From IMG/VR virus record IMGVR_UViG_2547132402_000007, positions 16,805-80,804 of that record: a DNA stretch of 64,000 bases, one strand, 5' to 3'. The notes beneath the pieces are model-generated. The model saw only the letters and a program-made list of their open reading frames with translations. It was not told the origin of the DNA and ran no database searches. Every line of letters begins with the position of its first letter. Position 1 is the first letter of the stretch. This document shows, piece by piece, positions 27,545 through 37,903 of this stretch. The stretch comes from a virus. A program made the position numbers and the translations under genes.

Positions 27545-30500
27545 ATGGCAAATCAGATTCAAGTTAGTACCGGGTCTGTAGACCTAGAGGCATTAGACAT
27601 TATCGCGGACATGCAGTTTTTCGAGCCGCTAACCTCAGCCGCGCTGAACAGAAAATTCTTCGGCATCATGCCAGAGGGGATTTACCGTGGCTTTAACGCC
27701 GTCCCATCCGGTGGCCTAACTGTCACCGTTGCTGACGATCCGGTAAACGTAGCAGTAGTGAACGTCGATGGCATGATGTTGAACGTGCGTACTCTGCGCC
27801 CGATTAAGCTGACTATCCCCGTCGGCCGTGAAGTTTTCGCTATCATTGAGGCCACCTACGCGGTAGGGCGTAAGACAACCCAGGTTGATGCCACGTCCAG
27901 CATCAAAGCAGCCGATCTCCGCATCGTTAACCAAAGCGAGCTACGCAGTAATCACGTTATTGTATTCACGGCTAACCTTCCGGTAGGTACAACTGAAATT
28001 CAGCCAGAGCACATCCTGACGCAAAAGCGTCAAATCGCCAGTATCCGCGATGATGTGATCGATGAGTTGAGAAAAGAAATTGAGAAAATTACTGGCAAAT
28101 TAGGCTCAAAAGACCCACTTAGTCAGTATGCACTGAAGGACTCCCCGAGGCTGTCAGGGATCCCAACGACCCCCACCCCTGAAGAAAAGGGGCACGACGA
28201 TCAAATAGCTAACGCCGGCTATGTTCGTGGGGTTATGAAAGCTCACTCTAACAACGCGGATCCACATCCTCAATATGCCAAAAGAGAGGATGTAAAAAAC
28301 TCCGAGAGCAAGATCACCCAGACCCTTGAGGCGCATAAAAAAGAAGCTAACCCGCATCCACAATATGCAACGAAAGAATCGCCAGTCCTGAGTGGAAAAC
28401 CAACAGCACCGACCCCTCCGCAAACAGCGCATGAAACAGAGATTGCTACCGCGGCCTTCGTCTTGGCGCGTATCGCAAGCGTAATCGGCTCCGCCCCTGG
28501 AGTGATGGATACACTGCAAGAGATATCAGCATCGCTGAACAACAACCCGCAGTTTGCTAATGAAATCATAAAAATGGTTTCAGGCAAGTTAAGTATCGAT
28601 TCGAATGGTGCGGATATAAAGGATAAAGCTGCCTTTATTAAAAACCTAGGGCTAACTACCGCTGTAGCTAATGCCATGGGCTCTCTGCTAAGAACTGGCG
28701 GTCATTTAAGCGGTTCTGTTTATTTTGACAATGACTCAATATTTGGCTGGGCTCGTAATACTGACAGTGCCACTATTGGTTTCAAAAATGATGGCGATGG
28801 TGACACCGATTCATACATGTGGTTTGAAACCGGCGATAACGGGAATGAGCGGTTTAAGTGGTTTCATAGGTTATCAGGAGCCAAAAATAACAACGAGCTA
28901 ATGTCTCTTGATATGACTGGATTATCAGTCCTAGGCCATCCTGTTTTTCATGAGGGCAAGTATCCGCTTCGTATCGAGTCAAGAGGTTCTCAAGCCCCAC
29001 TTAAAGGCGCTGAGTGTAGCAAGCAGACCGGCTTATCTATGCATGAAGCGTACAATAACGGATACCCAACGACCTATGGGAATGTCATTTCTGTAAAAGG
29101 TCTTGGATGTTGTGGCGAAGGTGAACTTCTCCTTGGTTGGCCGGGTGTCGATGGGAGTCATGCACCAGCATATATACGCTCAAAGCGCGATGTTTTGAGT
29201 GCTCCATGGTCTGAGTGGGCGCAACTTTTCTCTACGGCCTTCCCCCCGACAGCACAACAAGTTGGAGCTTGTCGAGCGTATACTGCATCACTTGATTTTG
29301 GTGGCTCTGAAGGTGATTGGACTACAAAGGAGTTTATTACCTTCTTAGAAAGTAAGGGGGCATTCAGCAGTCCATATTGGGTGGCTCGGGGTAGCTGGTC
29401 TTACGCCTCTAATAAAATCATCATCGATACAGAATGTGGTGATATTCCTCTCGCCGGATCCGTTGTCGAAGTTATCGGAGGGAAGGGTCATGCGACAATT
29501 CGTATCACAACTCCATCGACAGCATGTAAGAAAGGATTCACCAACGCTCAATTTACCTATATTGATAATGGCCCATCATACCGTCCAGGATGGCGCAGAG
29601 ACTATAATACAGCTCAGTCAATGCCAGCCTTCCCACGAACCAGTTGTGGTGAGGTGAATGGTAATGATGGTGTAGCATGGGATGCGCCATCGGGGCTATA
29701 CCTTGCTCGCCGAACTGGTGATTCTGGTTTAGTTGCCCACTTTAATCTTGGTGTGTGGGGTAGCTGTCCTAGCTTACAAATTTTAGCCAACTACAGGAAT
29801 GGCGGAATTTATTATCGGACCTCTCGCGATAAAAATGGTTTTGAAGAAAGTTGGGACCAAATTTTTACCCATAAACACCCGCCATCAGCTAAGGATATCG
29901 GCGCGCCGTATGTATACAGTGAGTCCGCTGAAATTAATATCAAAGGGCGCACGGCTCTCACGACTGCACAATTTGTTAGCTGGTTAGAAAGTGTTGGTGC
30001 TTTTAACGCGCAATATTGGATCTGCCGAGGTAGTTCCAACCGAAGCAAAGTTGCTGAAATTATCGACTGCCCGACTGGTGGCGTTCCACTAACTGGCTCG
30101 TTAATTGAAGTTATTGGCACAAAAAACGCCTGCACCATCCGAATCACAGAAGGGTTAGCATCTAGTGCTGTCGCCCCGCTGGCAACGCAACATGTTTACA
30201 CCATAGATAATGGGAAATCTGGCTGGTGGAAAGGTTTCAGCGATAGTCATTTGCCAGATCGTTTAGATACGACGTCTCAGAACACTGCGCTATCTGGTAG
30301 CCAACTACTAAATAAACGCGGCATGTCGCTATTTGGCGCACTTAAAGGCCAATATCCATGCTCTGGTACGGTGGCCCATATTGAGGATCAATCTAACTCA
30401 GAGGTGCTGGTTGGCGAAGATGGGCAAATGTATGTCCGAGGTAAAGCAGCTAGTGGTAACTGGGCAAATTGGGGCCGTGTTTTTACATCATCTCACCCGC

Positions 30501-30814
30501 AAAACTCCAACCGCACCATCCTTTTCAAGGGGGATAAACCTAATGGGAATATTACCCTAACAGATTCTCCAAACAATTATGATGAAATTATCATCGTATC
30601 TACAGACGATAACTCATACCATGTGGCAATTGATACGAAGCCAATGTGGCTTATGCGTGAAATCGTAAATAGCAAGATGTCATATAGTATAAGCATCCGT
30701 TCTATGGAGGGCTCTCACTGGTCTATTCGCTCAGAAACCTTTCTTACCAAAAATTGGGTCGTTGAGGATGAAAGCGCCAGGATTAAGATGGTTGTCGGCA
30801 TTAAATACTCATAA
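27545..30814 (+). CDS. Tail fibre protein (P1 gpS-like N-terminus, mosaic repeats)
   Basis: ADMQFFEPLTSAALNRKF...GIYRGF N-terminus; HPQYA and SPxLSGxPTAPT repeats; MHEAYNNGYPTTYGNV; two FITFLESxGAF-YW modules. Confidence 0.92.
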   Translation: MANQIQVSTGSVDLEALDIIADMQFFEPLTSAALNRKFFGIMPEGIYRGFNAVPSGGLTVTVADDPVNVAVVNVDGMMLNVRTLRPIKLTIPVGREVFAIIEATYAVGRKTTQVDATSSIKAADLRIVNQSELRSNHVIVFTANLPVGTTEIQPEHILTQKRQIASIRDDVIDELRKEIEKITGKLGSKDPLSQYALKDSPRLSGIPTTPTPEEKGHDDQIANAGYVRGVMKAHSNNADPHPQYAKREDVKNSESKITQTLEAHKKEANPHPQYATKESPVLSGKPTAPTPPQTAHETEIATAAFVLARIASVIGSAPGVMDTLQEISASLNNNPQFANEIIKMVSGKLSIDSNGADIKDKAAFIKNLGLTTAVANAMGSLLRTGGHLSGSVYFDNDSIFGWARNTDSATIGFKNDGDGDTDSYMWFETGDNGNERFKWFHRLSGAKNNNELMSLDMTGLSVLGHPVFHEGKYPLRIESRGSQAPLKGAECSKQTGLSMHEAYNNGYPTTYGNVISVKGLGCCGEGELLLGWPGVDGSHAPAYIRSKRDVLSAPWSEWAQLFSTAFPPTAQQVGACRAYTASLDFGGSEGDWTTKEFITFLESKGAFSSPYWVARGSWSYASNKIIIDTECGDIPLAGSVVEVIGGKGHATIRITTPSTACKKGFTNAQFTYIDNGPSYRPGWRRDYNTAQSMPAFPRTSCGEVNGNDGVAWDAPSGLYLARRTGDSGLVAHFNLGVWGSCPSLQILANYRNGGIYYRTSRDKNGFEESWDQIFTHKHPPSAKDIGAPYVYSESAEINIKGRTALTTAQFVSWLESVGAFNAQYWICRGSSNRSKVAEIIDCPTGGVPLTGSLIEVIGTKNACTIRITEGLASSAVAPLATQHVYTIDNGKSGWWKGFSDSHLPDRLDTTSQNTALSGSQLLNKRGMSLFGALKGQYPCSGTVAHIEDQSNSEVLVGEDGQMYVRGKAASGNWANWGRVFTSSHPQNSNRTILFKGDKPNGNITLTDSPNNYDEIIIVSTDDNSYHVAIDTKPMWLMREIVNSKMSYSISIRSMEGSHWSIRSETFLTKNWVVEDESARIKMVVGIKYS

Positions 30815-30902
30815 CGCGCAACAAATTCGCAGGGAGAGGTTCTCTATCTCCTTGCGAATATACTAACGAAATTTGTTTTTTGCTTTAATAAAAGGGGGCG
30901 CT

Positions 30903-31217
30903 GTGCCAGAGCTGTTTACAGAAGTGCCGCAGATCGTAACGGCGGTACTCCTATCCGTCGTTAGTGGCGCGGGTAACTTCTTCCAGGGAATCAGGGAGGG
31001 GCGAAACAAGCACGGCCTGAGTGATTTTGCTGCCGAGACGATCAAGGCGACTACCGCAGGGTTATCAGGGCTGTATCTGGGGACGTGGAAAGGGTGGCCG
31101 GAAGCGGCGGTCTTCTTAGTTGTATTGCTCGCGGCCAACAACAGCAATGAAGTGCTGTCGTTCGGCCGCGAGCAGGTATTAGAACGTGTGAAATTATTGT
31201 TTAAGGGGAAATCATGA
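30903..31217 (+). CDS. lydA: Holin LydA-like
   Basis: AVLLSVVSGAGNF..GIREGR, ATTAG, GW, AANNSNEVLS match recalled P1 LydA; GTG start after AGGGGG. Confidence 0.78.
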   Translation: MPELFTEVPQIVTAVLLSVVSGAGNFFQGIREGRNKHGLSDFAAETIKATTAGLSGLYLGTWKGWPEAAVFLVVLLAANNSNEVLSFGREQVLERVKLLFKGKS

Positions 31218-31636
31218 TCTTTGAAGGCATTGCCTTAATCGGGCTGTGTGTGGCTGAGCGCTTTATGCTGAAACGTGGCGGAGTAACCATCAATAATCTG
31301 TCACTGGATGGCAGCACGGCGGACGGAGAATACTATCGGTTTGCTATGGGTTACACAGCCAAAAAGAAGCTACGCCATTCTGTGCTGCAATACGAGCTAC
31401 GAGACGCCAAGCGCCCAACGACGGTTATCGCAGGTAAGACACGTACTCTCGACTTTGCCTATGAAGGGCACAACGATGAGTTTTTGCTGATCCGTAAATC
31501 CCTGGTTAAGGAATCAGGGACCTGGCTACTGAACGTCCGCATTTCCACTGGTGGCTCACGTTGGAACCCGTTCTATAAGCTATTCCCCATCGAAGCAAGT
31601 TCTACCCAGCCATTCAGGCTTGAGGCGGGAGAATAA
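31214..31636 (+). CDS. lydB: Antiholin LydB-like
   Basis: N-terminal TM then AERFMLKR, YELRDAKRPTTVIAG, NPFYKLFP. Confidence 0.78.
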   Translation: MIFEGIALIGLCVAERFMLKRGGVTINNLSLDGSTADGEYYRFAMGYTAKKKLRHSVLQYELRDAKRPTTVIAGKTRTLDFAYEGHNDEFLLIRKSLVKESGTWLLNVRISTGGSRWNPFYKLFPIEASSTQPFRLEAGE

Positions 31637-31638
31637 CA

Positions 31639-32259
31639 ATGGATGAACGTTACTCAAAAAATGGTCAGAGTTATGCGCTCCTCGATTTTGAGCACATCAA
31701 CGAGAGGGGCCTTAAAAAGCTCACTGACGCCTTTACGCGATTTGGTTGCCCAGTTGCTGGAGTCGATGCTGAAAACCGCGCACGACGCAAAGACGGCCTG
31801 CCTATCAAGACATTCAAGATCCACTTTGAAGACCAGCAACAAATCGAGGTGTCCGTAGGCCAAAAAGGCGACATCATTCAGACCAAGATCAACAACAAGA
31901 TCATCCCTATCGCGCAGACAGAAAAGCTGGCCGACTACGCCAAAGACGTAGCGACCAAAATGAAGGCCGGCGCCAGCGCATTTGCACAAAGCCTAGCGAA
32001 GAAAACGCAAGCGACAGTAAACCAAGCCACGCGTAGCCCAGCAGCTAAGCCATTACTCGCCCAGGCGCGCGAGGCACAAAACTACCTGGCAGAGATCACC
32101 GCCAACAACGATATGTTACGCAGCAAAGTCTCCGAGCTGGAGACGAGTAACGCAACGTTGACCGGTGAGCTACAGCGTCAGCGAGCTCGCTTGGCTGCCG
32201 AGCGTGAAACCACCAAACAACTGACAACAGAGCTGGCGGCTCTAGAGGAGCACGTATGA
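31639..32259 (+). CDS. hdf: Hdf, homologue of the DarA fragment
   Basis: LDFEHINERGLKKL, DGLPIKT, GDIIQTKINNKIIP and coiled-coil tail. Confidence 0.82.
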   Translation: MDERYSKNGQSYALLDFEHINERGLKKLTDAFTRFGCPVAGVDAENRARRKDGLPIKTFKIHFEDQQQIEVSVGQKGDIIQTKINNKIIPIAQTEKLADYAKDVATKMKAGASAFAQSLAKKTQATVNQATRSPAAKPLLAQAREAQNYLAEITANNDMLRSKVSELETSNATLTGELQRQRARLAAERETTKQLTTELAALEEHV

Positions 32260-34403
32260 TGCTAAAACCCCACAATGCCGTATCGATCCGCCCTGTATTT
32301 GATATTGCCGCTAAGGTGCCGACTGATGCCATGGTGGCACCGCTGTATGAAGAAGAGGGCCGGCACTTAATGCTGGAGTCAGTTACGCTGACTGATATAG
32401 AGCTGACGTTCTTTGACCACCTGAATTACGATGAACAGGCCGCAATGATGTTGGAGGCAATCACAACCTCCAAGGTCCGTTTAAATCGGACAATGAGTGC
32501 ATTTTGCCGAACCCTAAATACCCAGTTGGAAGGGAGTGAGCTCACCGCTGGCGAGCCAGAGGTTGGCCGAGCTCGTAAATCCGCAGGTATTGCCATAATG
32601 CCGGCAGTGATCCCGCTTTCGGACGGACAAACTATCACTCTATTTTTCCACTCTCCGACTAACGATCCATCCAAAATCGCTGGCGACGATACCCTCGTAG
32701 CGTTCCGCTTCCTACTAAACAAACGCGATATTACTCACGTTGTCAGCCCAGACGGTGGCCGAGACGTATCGCTGAAGCAAGTTTGCCTATCCCTGGCTAA
32801 CTTAGCCGAACGTAACGCCGGGAAGTTCAAAGCCTCCCAGGAGCGAACCCAGAAGCTGAAGAACGAGCTGGCACAATACCAAGCCCAGGCAGATCAGTTG
32901 CAGGCTGACTCTGCCCAGCTCATCGAGCAAGGAGACAAATTGGGGGTAGCAGTTGCATCGAATCAAGATGAAGTATCCAAAGTGACTCGCCTTGTGGATA
33001 AGCAAGTAGCCATCAATGACGATCTTCGCACCCAGATCGAGCGCGCGCGGGCGGAAAAGACTGCCGCAGAAAAGGCCAAGGCAGAGAAAGCCGCTGCTCA
33101 TATCCAAACAGACGATAAAACACCAGCCAGTGGCGCATTGCTGAAGCAATTAAACAGGAGTCTATACGCCGACATTTCTCACAGCCTTGACGTTATTTAC
33201 AAGATCGATACTGGCGAGGAGAAAGGCTATGAACGCAGTCTCTTTGTCAGCTCGATCGCCAATAAACTCAAAACCCAAAAGAAAAACGGCAACCAGGATG
33301 TTGTGAATTCAGCCTTAGCGCTGATCTGCGAGAAGCAGGAGGCCAACCGTGCAGCTGGTTGGGATAAGCCACTGATTACCGATAGGCACTCAATTTGGAA
33401 GTTAGGCACCGGCGGCTCCACCAGCGCTGTCACACCACCGGCTGAGGATGATCATGGCGTGCATGATGAGGCTCGCTATTACTATGGTCTGAAGGCTCGC
33501 GCAGCGGGTAATGGCGCTACGCCGGTAGAGGGGTATGTAGACACGTTGGATGAGTCAGAATTTGGCAACGTGAAACCTAATGTGCAAATCCCAACTAACG
33601 CGGCGCGTCACGGAATTGCTGTATATAACCGCCCACTGACCCCACAGGAGGTTAGTCAGTATGAGCTGGTGGATCTTAACAACCTGGCAGAGCAGCCCTC
33701 CGCCACTCCAGTCTCGGGGACCGGCGAGCCCGCACCAACAGCACAGGACGAAGAAAAACAGAACATGCAGGCAGTTATCGAATCAGCCTTAAAAACAGCG
33801 CTACGCAGTCTCCTGACCGCCATGAGTGACGACAAACTGTCAGATAACTATTGGCGTGATCCTGATGCTAAAGGCACCTTGGCAGGGAAGCGTACGATCA
33901 GCACATCCGCAGGCGATCTTACTATCGATATGCCGAGTATTGGCTTCCTGTATAACCAAGGATTCAAACCACCGAAGCCTACATTCAAGACATCCGGTCT
34001 GAAAGTAATCCCAGAAATCGGCCAGGATGGCCATTTCACTGGCGATTACATTTTAGAGGCGCCAAACAGAGACGTTCTCCTGAAAACCTCCTCCTGGAGT
34101 GATATGAAAACAGAGATTGAAAAGCACCTATCCCCAGAGGATCCGGCCAGCACGGAGCCCGAGAAACCACAAGCCGTAGATCCGCAAAAGAAAGCGATTG
34201 CCGATGCAATTGCCACACTGGAACGTATCCGCGATACACCGGCAGGAGAGGGTGATCTGGACACGATGACTGATGACTTGGAGTCTGCTGCAACGTTACT
34301 GGTTGAGGCGGGACAGGCGTCAGAGTATGACGCACTAATCAATGCCGCCTCAAATACTGTCGTTGAGCTACTCACTAAGGGTGTGGAGGCCCTGAGCGCA
34401 TGA
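32256..34403 (+). CDS. darA: Defence-against-restriction protein DarA
   Basis: PAVIPLSDGQTITLFFHSP, FRFLLNKRDITH, LANLAERNAGKF; YYGLKAR...RHGIAVYNRPLT DarA_C-like module. Confidence 0.92.
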   Translation: MMLKPHNAVSIRPVFDIAAKVPTDAMVAPLYEEEGRHLMLESVTLTDIELTFFDHLNYDEQAAMMLEAITTSKVRLNRTMSAFCRTLNTQLEGSELTAGEPEVGRARKSAGIAIMPAVIPLSDGQTITLFFHSPTNDPSKIAGDDTLVAFRFLLNKRDITHVVSPDGGRDVSLKQVCLSLANLAERNAGKFKASQERTQKLKNELAQYQAQADQLQADSAQLIEQGDKLGVAVASNQDEVSKVTRLVDKQVAINDDLRTQIERARAEKTAAEKAKAEKAAAHIQTDDKTPASGALLKQLNRSLYADISHSLDVIYKIDTGEEKGYERSLFVSSIANKLKTQKKNGNQDVVNSALALICEKQEANRAAGWDKPLITDRHSIWKLGTGGSTSAVTPPAEDDHGVHDEARYYYGLKARAAGNGATPVEGYVDTLDESEFGNVKPNVQIPTNAARHGIAVYNRPLTPQEVSQYELVDLNNLAEQPSATPVSGTGEPAPTAQDEEKQNMQAVIESALKTALRSLLTAMSDDKLSDNYWRDPDAKGTLAGKRTISTSAGDLTIDMPSIGFLYNQGFKPPKPTFKTSGLKVIPEIGQDGHFTGDYILEAPNRDVLLKTSSWSDMKTEIEKHLSPEDPASTEPEKPQAVDPQKKAIADAIATLERIRDTPAGEGDLDTMTDDLESAATLLVEAGQASEYDALINAASNTVVELLTKGVEALSA

Positions 34404-34744
34404 ACCCGATTGAACGTATCAAGCTCCTCCGATCGGCTAAGGATATGCTAGGCAACCTACAAACCGGTGATATGACGCCAGTCGAAAAAATTAAGGTAAT
34501 CCGCAAACTCAATGAGGTCCTGAAACGCCTGAATGCGGGAGAAGTTGATACCAAGACGCCCACCGAGGCTACCGACGACCTGCCTGAGCTGGTGCGGCAG
34601 CTAAGGGATGGCGAGTTAATTCCGGCACCGGCTGAAACGCTGGCCGAAGCAGTGATCGCCGCGAAGGATTATTTACCATTATCCGACTGTATCACTCAGG
34701 TCCAGGCATGGTTAAATAAGAACGCAGATCTGCTCCGGGCATAA
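34400..34744 (+). CDS. ddrA: DdrA-like protein
   Basis: Two short N-terminal helical repeats, LPELVRQL and QVQAWLNKN; position between darA and ddrB. Confidence 0.7.
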   Translation: MNPIERIKLLRSAKDMLGNLQTGDMTPVEKIKVIRKLNEVLKRLNAGEVDTKTPTEATDDLPELVRQLRDGELIPAPAETLAEAVIAAKDYLPLSDCITQVQAWLNKNADLLRA

Positions 34745-34784
34745 TCCCCCCTGAATCGCTGCGCGGCGGTTTACAAAGGGTGCC

Positions 34785-37508
34785 ATGAATCAACTGAATG
34801 AGGCTGTTTTAGCGGCCAACAGCCACGAACAACTCGCCGATATACTGTCCAAGCTCCCACTGAACGCCAGCGGGAATCCGCCAACAGGCCGAACGTCGTT
34901 TGTTGTCACAGCCAGAGGTGATGAGGTAGAGACGGCCTTTGCCGTAGTTGAAGCCTCCAATCTGACCCCATCCAACGATACTGATGGGCGTATCAACCCC
35001 AACTATCCCCAAGAGCTACAACCCCGAGATCGCACCCGCAAAGCCAGCAAAGTACAAGTAGCAACCATGGCGAATGCCCTGCGTCCTGCACAGTTAACGG
35101 ATAGTGGGCTATCCAGCCATGGCGCCCCTATCGTTGGCGACGATCTTGTTGTGGAGTCGGGGAACGGTCGGACAATGGCTATCACGAAAGCCTATGCCGA
35201 AGGTAAAGCCGCCGACTACAAAGCCTACCTGATTAAGAACGCCGGTCGATTTGGCCTGTCCTCAGCAACTATTGATGCCATGACCGCCCCGGTGTTAGTC
35301 AGGATCCGCAAAAGCCAAGTTGATCGAGTAGCCTTTGCCAAGGACTCTAACCTAAGTGATATGACGGAAATGGCGCCGGCGGAAAAAGCCTGGGTCGATG
35401 CTGAGAATATCGACCAAAACATGATGAGCGTATTTTCCCCTGGTGTAGGTGGCAACTTACTGGCTAAAAGCAATACACAATTCATGCAAGCATTCATGCG
35501 CTCGCTGGGTAACTCTGCTGCGGCTGGAATGTTAACGGCTGACGGCCGGCCAACAAAGCAACTAGTGGATCGAATGCAAAACGCCATCTTCGCCAAAGCC
35601 TACAAAAACGACAAGCTGGTGAAGATGATGGCGGAGGAGCCAGATCCAGACATTCGAAATGTGCTCACGGCGTTGAACGCGGCAGCTCCTGAGTTTGTGG
35701 ATATGCAGTACCTGTCTGGAGAGATCCACAAACAGACCTCTGATGCTGTCGTTGATGCGGTAGACTCGCTGGATAAAGAGGCGCTATCGGCGATTGTGGA
35801 AGCTACAGAGCTTGTCAGATCCGCTAAGGATAGCGGCCAATCAGTTGCCGAGTATATCCGCCAGCTGGGGCTATTTGGGAACGTATCAGAGCACGCTGAG
35901 CAGTTGGCACTGTTTATCGCAACCAACCAACGCTCAGCAAAACGCATGGGTGAGGCTTTCACTCTACTGGCAAAGGAGATCAACGCCGAACTACAGCATG
36001 GTGCCGCTGCTGCTGGCGATATGTTTGGCGGCGGTCAGGTATCATTAAGTGACATTATCCAACGTGTTGAAATGCAGTTGGATCTCGATATATCCGGTCA
36101 AACGGCGATGTTTGAGGCGAAAGGAAGCACCGCAGGCCAGGATGTAACCCAACTCATGGGTCGTCTAATATCTGCTGCAAGCAGCCATGATGAGCTGTCC
36201 TCTATAGTCAAAATGGCCTTACTGTCACAGGCTGATCTTCTGTATGCCTGGCAGTCCAACGGTTTCTCATACAACGTTCCTATCGCTCGTCTGCTTGTTA
36301 CTAGCTACACCACAACGTTGCAGGTTGCTATGCAATCTGGAGACGTGAATGCGGTTAAGCAAATGCAGAAAGATATCGCTGATCTGGGGGGAATTCTTTC
36401 GACCTCAGCGGCCAAGATGATTATGGGCTCTGCGGTATCTAAAGTTGCTGGTTATCGCTGCACAGGAAACCAACTGAATGACGTCCTAAAAACGCTCCAG
36501 ATCCCCGGCATGATGAGTGAATGTGGTCAGCTGTATTTACGCTTGCAAGATGAATCGATATCCATGGAGGAACGTTTCATGACAGCAGCTAAGCTGGGGC
36601 GCATCGTGATGGAGCTCCCTCGGGAGCGCAGTGGTGCTGTTACGGCCGGCGGCACCCTGGCGTTGCACATCATATCGAAAGCCCATGGAGTCACCGATTT
36701 ACAAGCGATGGTTCAGGCATACCACGGGCAAAATATCGATCTCCCTAGTATTGATATGAGTACCGGTAGCCAAGTTATGAGTGATTGCCTATCCAAAGGA
36801 CACGACGTATGCAACCAGGTGCGCTTTAACGCTAATCCAGAAAATGTGCGGGGGTTACTACTACTTCACCCTAAAGAAGCCGCAAGGGAACAAGCAGCGA
36901 TGGTATCTGCGGCAGGCTTTACCAAGAAGGATTCGGCACTACTGAATGACGAACTGACAAAGATTTTCCAGATCACAGGCAGTAAGCCAAGTTTGCTGGT
37001 GGAAGTTTCAAACCAAAAAGGTACTGGCGCCCGCGCATTCGCTTGTCGGCATTCGGGACAAGTAAAAATATCTGCAAGTGTGCTGAGGGAGCAACCAGAT
37101 GTTTTATGGCATGAGGTCGGCCATCATATCGAGTATGCCTATCCAAAAATTAAGGCTGCCGCTATTGCGTTTCTGAAACATCGTGGTGCAAATTGCCCAA
37201 TTAAGCCATTAAAGACACTCTATCCAAACGCTAAATATCGTACCGAGGAGATCGCTGTCGAGGATGGCTTCGAAAGCCACTACACGTCTAAGGTTTATAC
37301 AAAAAGAACAGAGCAGGCCTTATCTGATGGTTTAAATGATACTCATATTGAGTCCACAGAGATTATCTCAAATGGCCTTCAGTATTTAGGGCAGGAAATG
37401 TTTTTCCCGCATAAACGAGGGTTCGGTGCAGACGTTGAGTTTCGTAATTTCATCGTTGGCATTTTCCAATCATTAGGAAAGGGTGAGTATGAAAATCTTG
37501 GCTTTTAG
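34785..37508 (+). CDS. ddrB: DdrB (ParB-like N-terminal domain, C-terminal HExxH zincin-like domain)
   Basis: YPQELQPRDRTR, LTDSGLSSHGAP, VESGNGRTM, DGRPTKQLVDR and EEPDPDIRNVL match recalled P1 DdrB; WHEVGHHIE at 37107-37133. Confidence 0.92.
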   Translation: MNQLNEAVLAANSHEQLADILSKLPLNASGNPPTGRTSFVVTARGDEVETAFAVVEASNLTPSNDTDGRINPNYPQELQPRDRTRKASKVQVATMANALRPAQLTDSGLSSHGAPIVGDDLVVESGNGRTMAITKAYAEGKAADYKAYLIKNAGRFGLSSATIDAMTAPVLVRIRKSQVDRVAFAKDSNLSDMTEMAPAEKAWVDAENIDQNMMSVFSPGVGGNLLAKSNTQFMQAFMRSLGNSAAAGMLTADGRPTKQLVDRMQNAIFAKAYKNDKLVKMMAEEPDPDIRNVLTALNAAAPEFVDMQYLSGEIHKQTSDAVVDAVDSLDKEALSAIVEATELVRSAKDSGQSVAEYIRQLGLFGNVSEHAEQLALFIATNQRSAKRMGEAFTLLAKEINAELQHGAAAAGDMFGGGQVSLSDIIQRVEMQLDLDISGQTAMFEAKGSTAGQDVTQLMGRLISAASSHDELSSIVKMALLSQADLLYAWQSNGFSYNVPIARLLVTSYTTTLQVAMQSGDVNAVKQMQKDIADLGGILSTSAAKMIMGSAVSKVAGYRCTGNQLNDVLKTLQIPGMMSECGQLYLRLQDESISMEERFMTAAKLGRIVMELPRERSGAVTAGGTLALHIISKAHGVTDLQAMVQAYHGQNIDLPSIDMSTGSQVMSDCLSKGHDVCNQVRFNANPENVRGLLLLHPKEAAREQAAMVSAAGFTKKDSALLNDELTKIFQITGSKPSLLVEVSNQKGTGARAFACRHSGQVKISASVLREQPDVLWHEVGHHIEYAYPKIKAAAIAFLKHRGANCPIKPLKTLYPNAKYRTEEIAVEDGFESHYTSKVYTKRTEQALSDGLNDTHIESTEIISNGLQYLGQEMFFPHKRGFGADVEFRNFIVGIFQSLGKGEYENLGF

Positions 37509-37854
37509 GGATGGGATTGCGGCCATTGCGGACCTAATCCCTTATGTTATAGAAGAAAATAACTCTGGAGATGAAGTTGAGCGAGTAGTTGACGACCATA
37601 ATGAGAATGGTGAGTTATTTTCTGTGTTTGCACCGGCACACCTGATGTTTCCAAATGGCGAGTTTACCCTTGTAGGATTACAGGATGAGCTCGACTCTAA
37701 AATCATCGTAATCACAGAGCCATATAGTCCTAGCTTAACGTTATGCCCGTTCGCGACAATCCAGACGCTAGAAGCGTTGGGGTTTGATATCACATGGCCT
37801 ATTGAATGGCTAGAAGAGATTGACGCTCCAATACCTCTTGGCGCTATTTTCTAA
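37483..37854 (+). CDS. Hypothetical protein at the position of P1 hxr
   Basis: Overlaps the ddrB end; acidic 123 aa; only positional and weak C-terminal resemblance to Hxr. Confidence 0.55.
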   Translation: MSMKILAFRDGIAAIADLIPYVIEENNSGDEVERVVDDHNENGELFSVFAPAHLMFPNGEFTLVGLQDELDSKIIVITEPYSPSLTLCPFATIQTLEALGFDITWPIEWLEEIDAPIPLGAIF

Positions 37855-37903
37855 CCCTATGACAGGGACTCCTTCTCGCTGCGCGGCGTTGGAGGATATT
37901 ACA

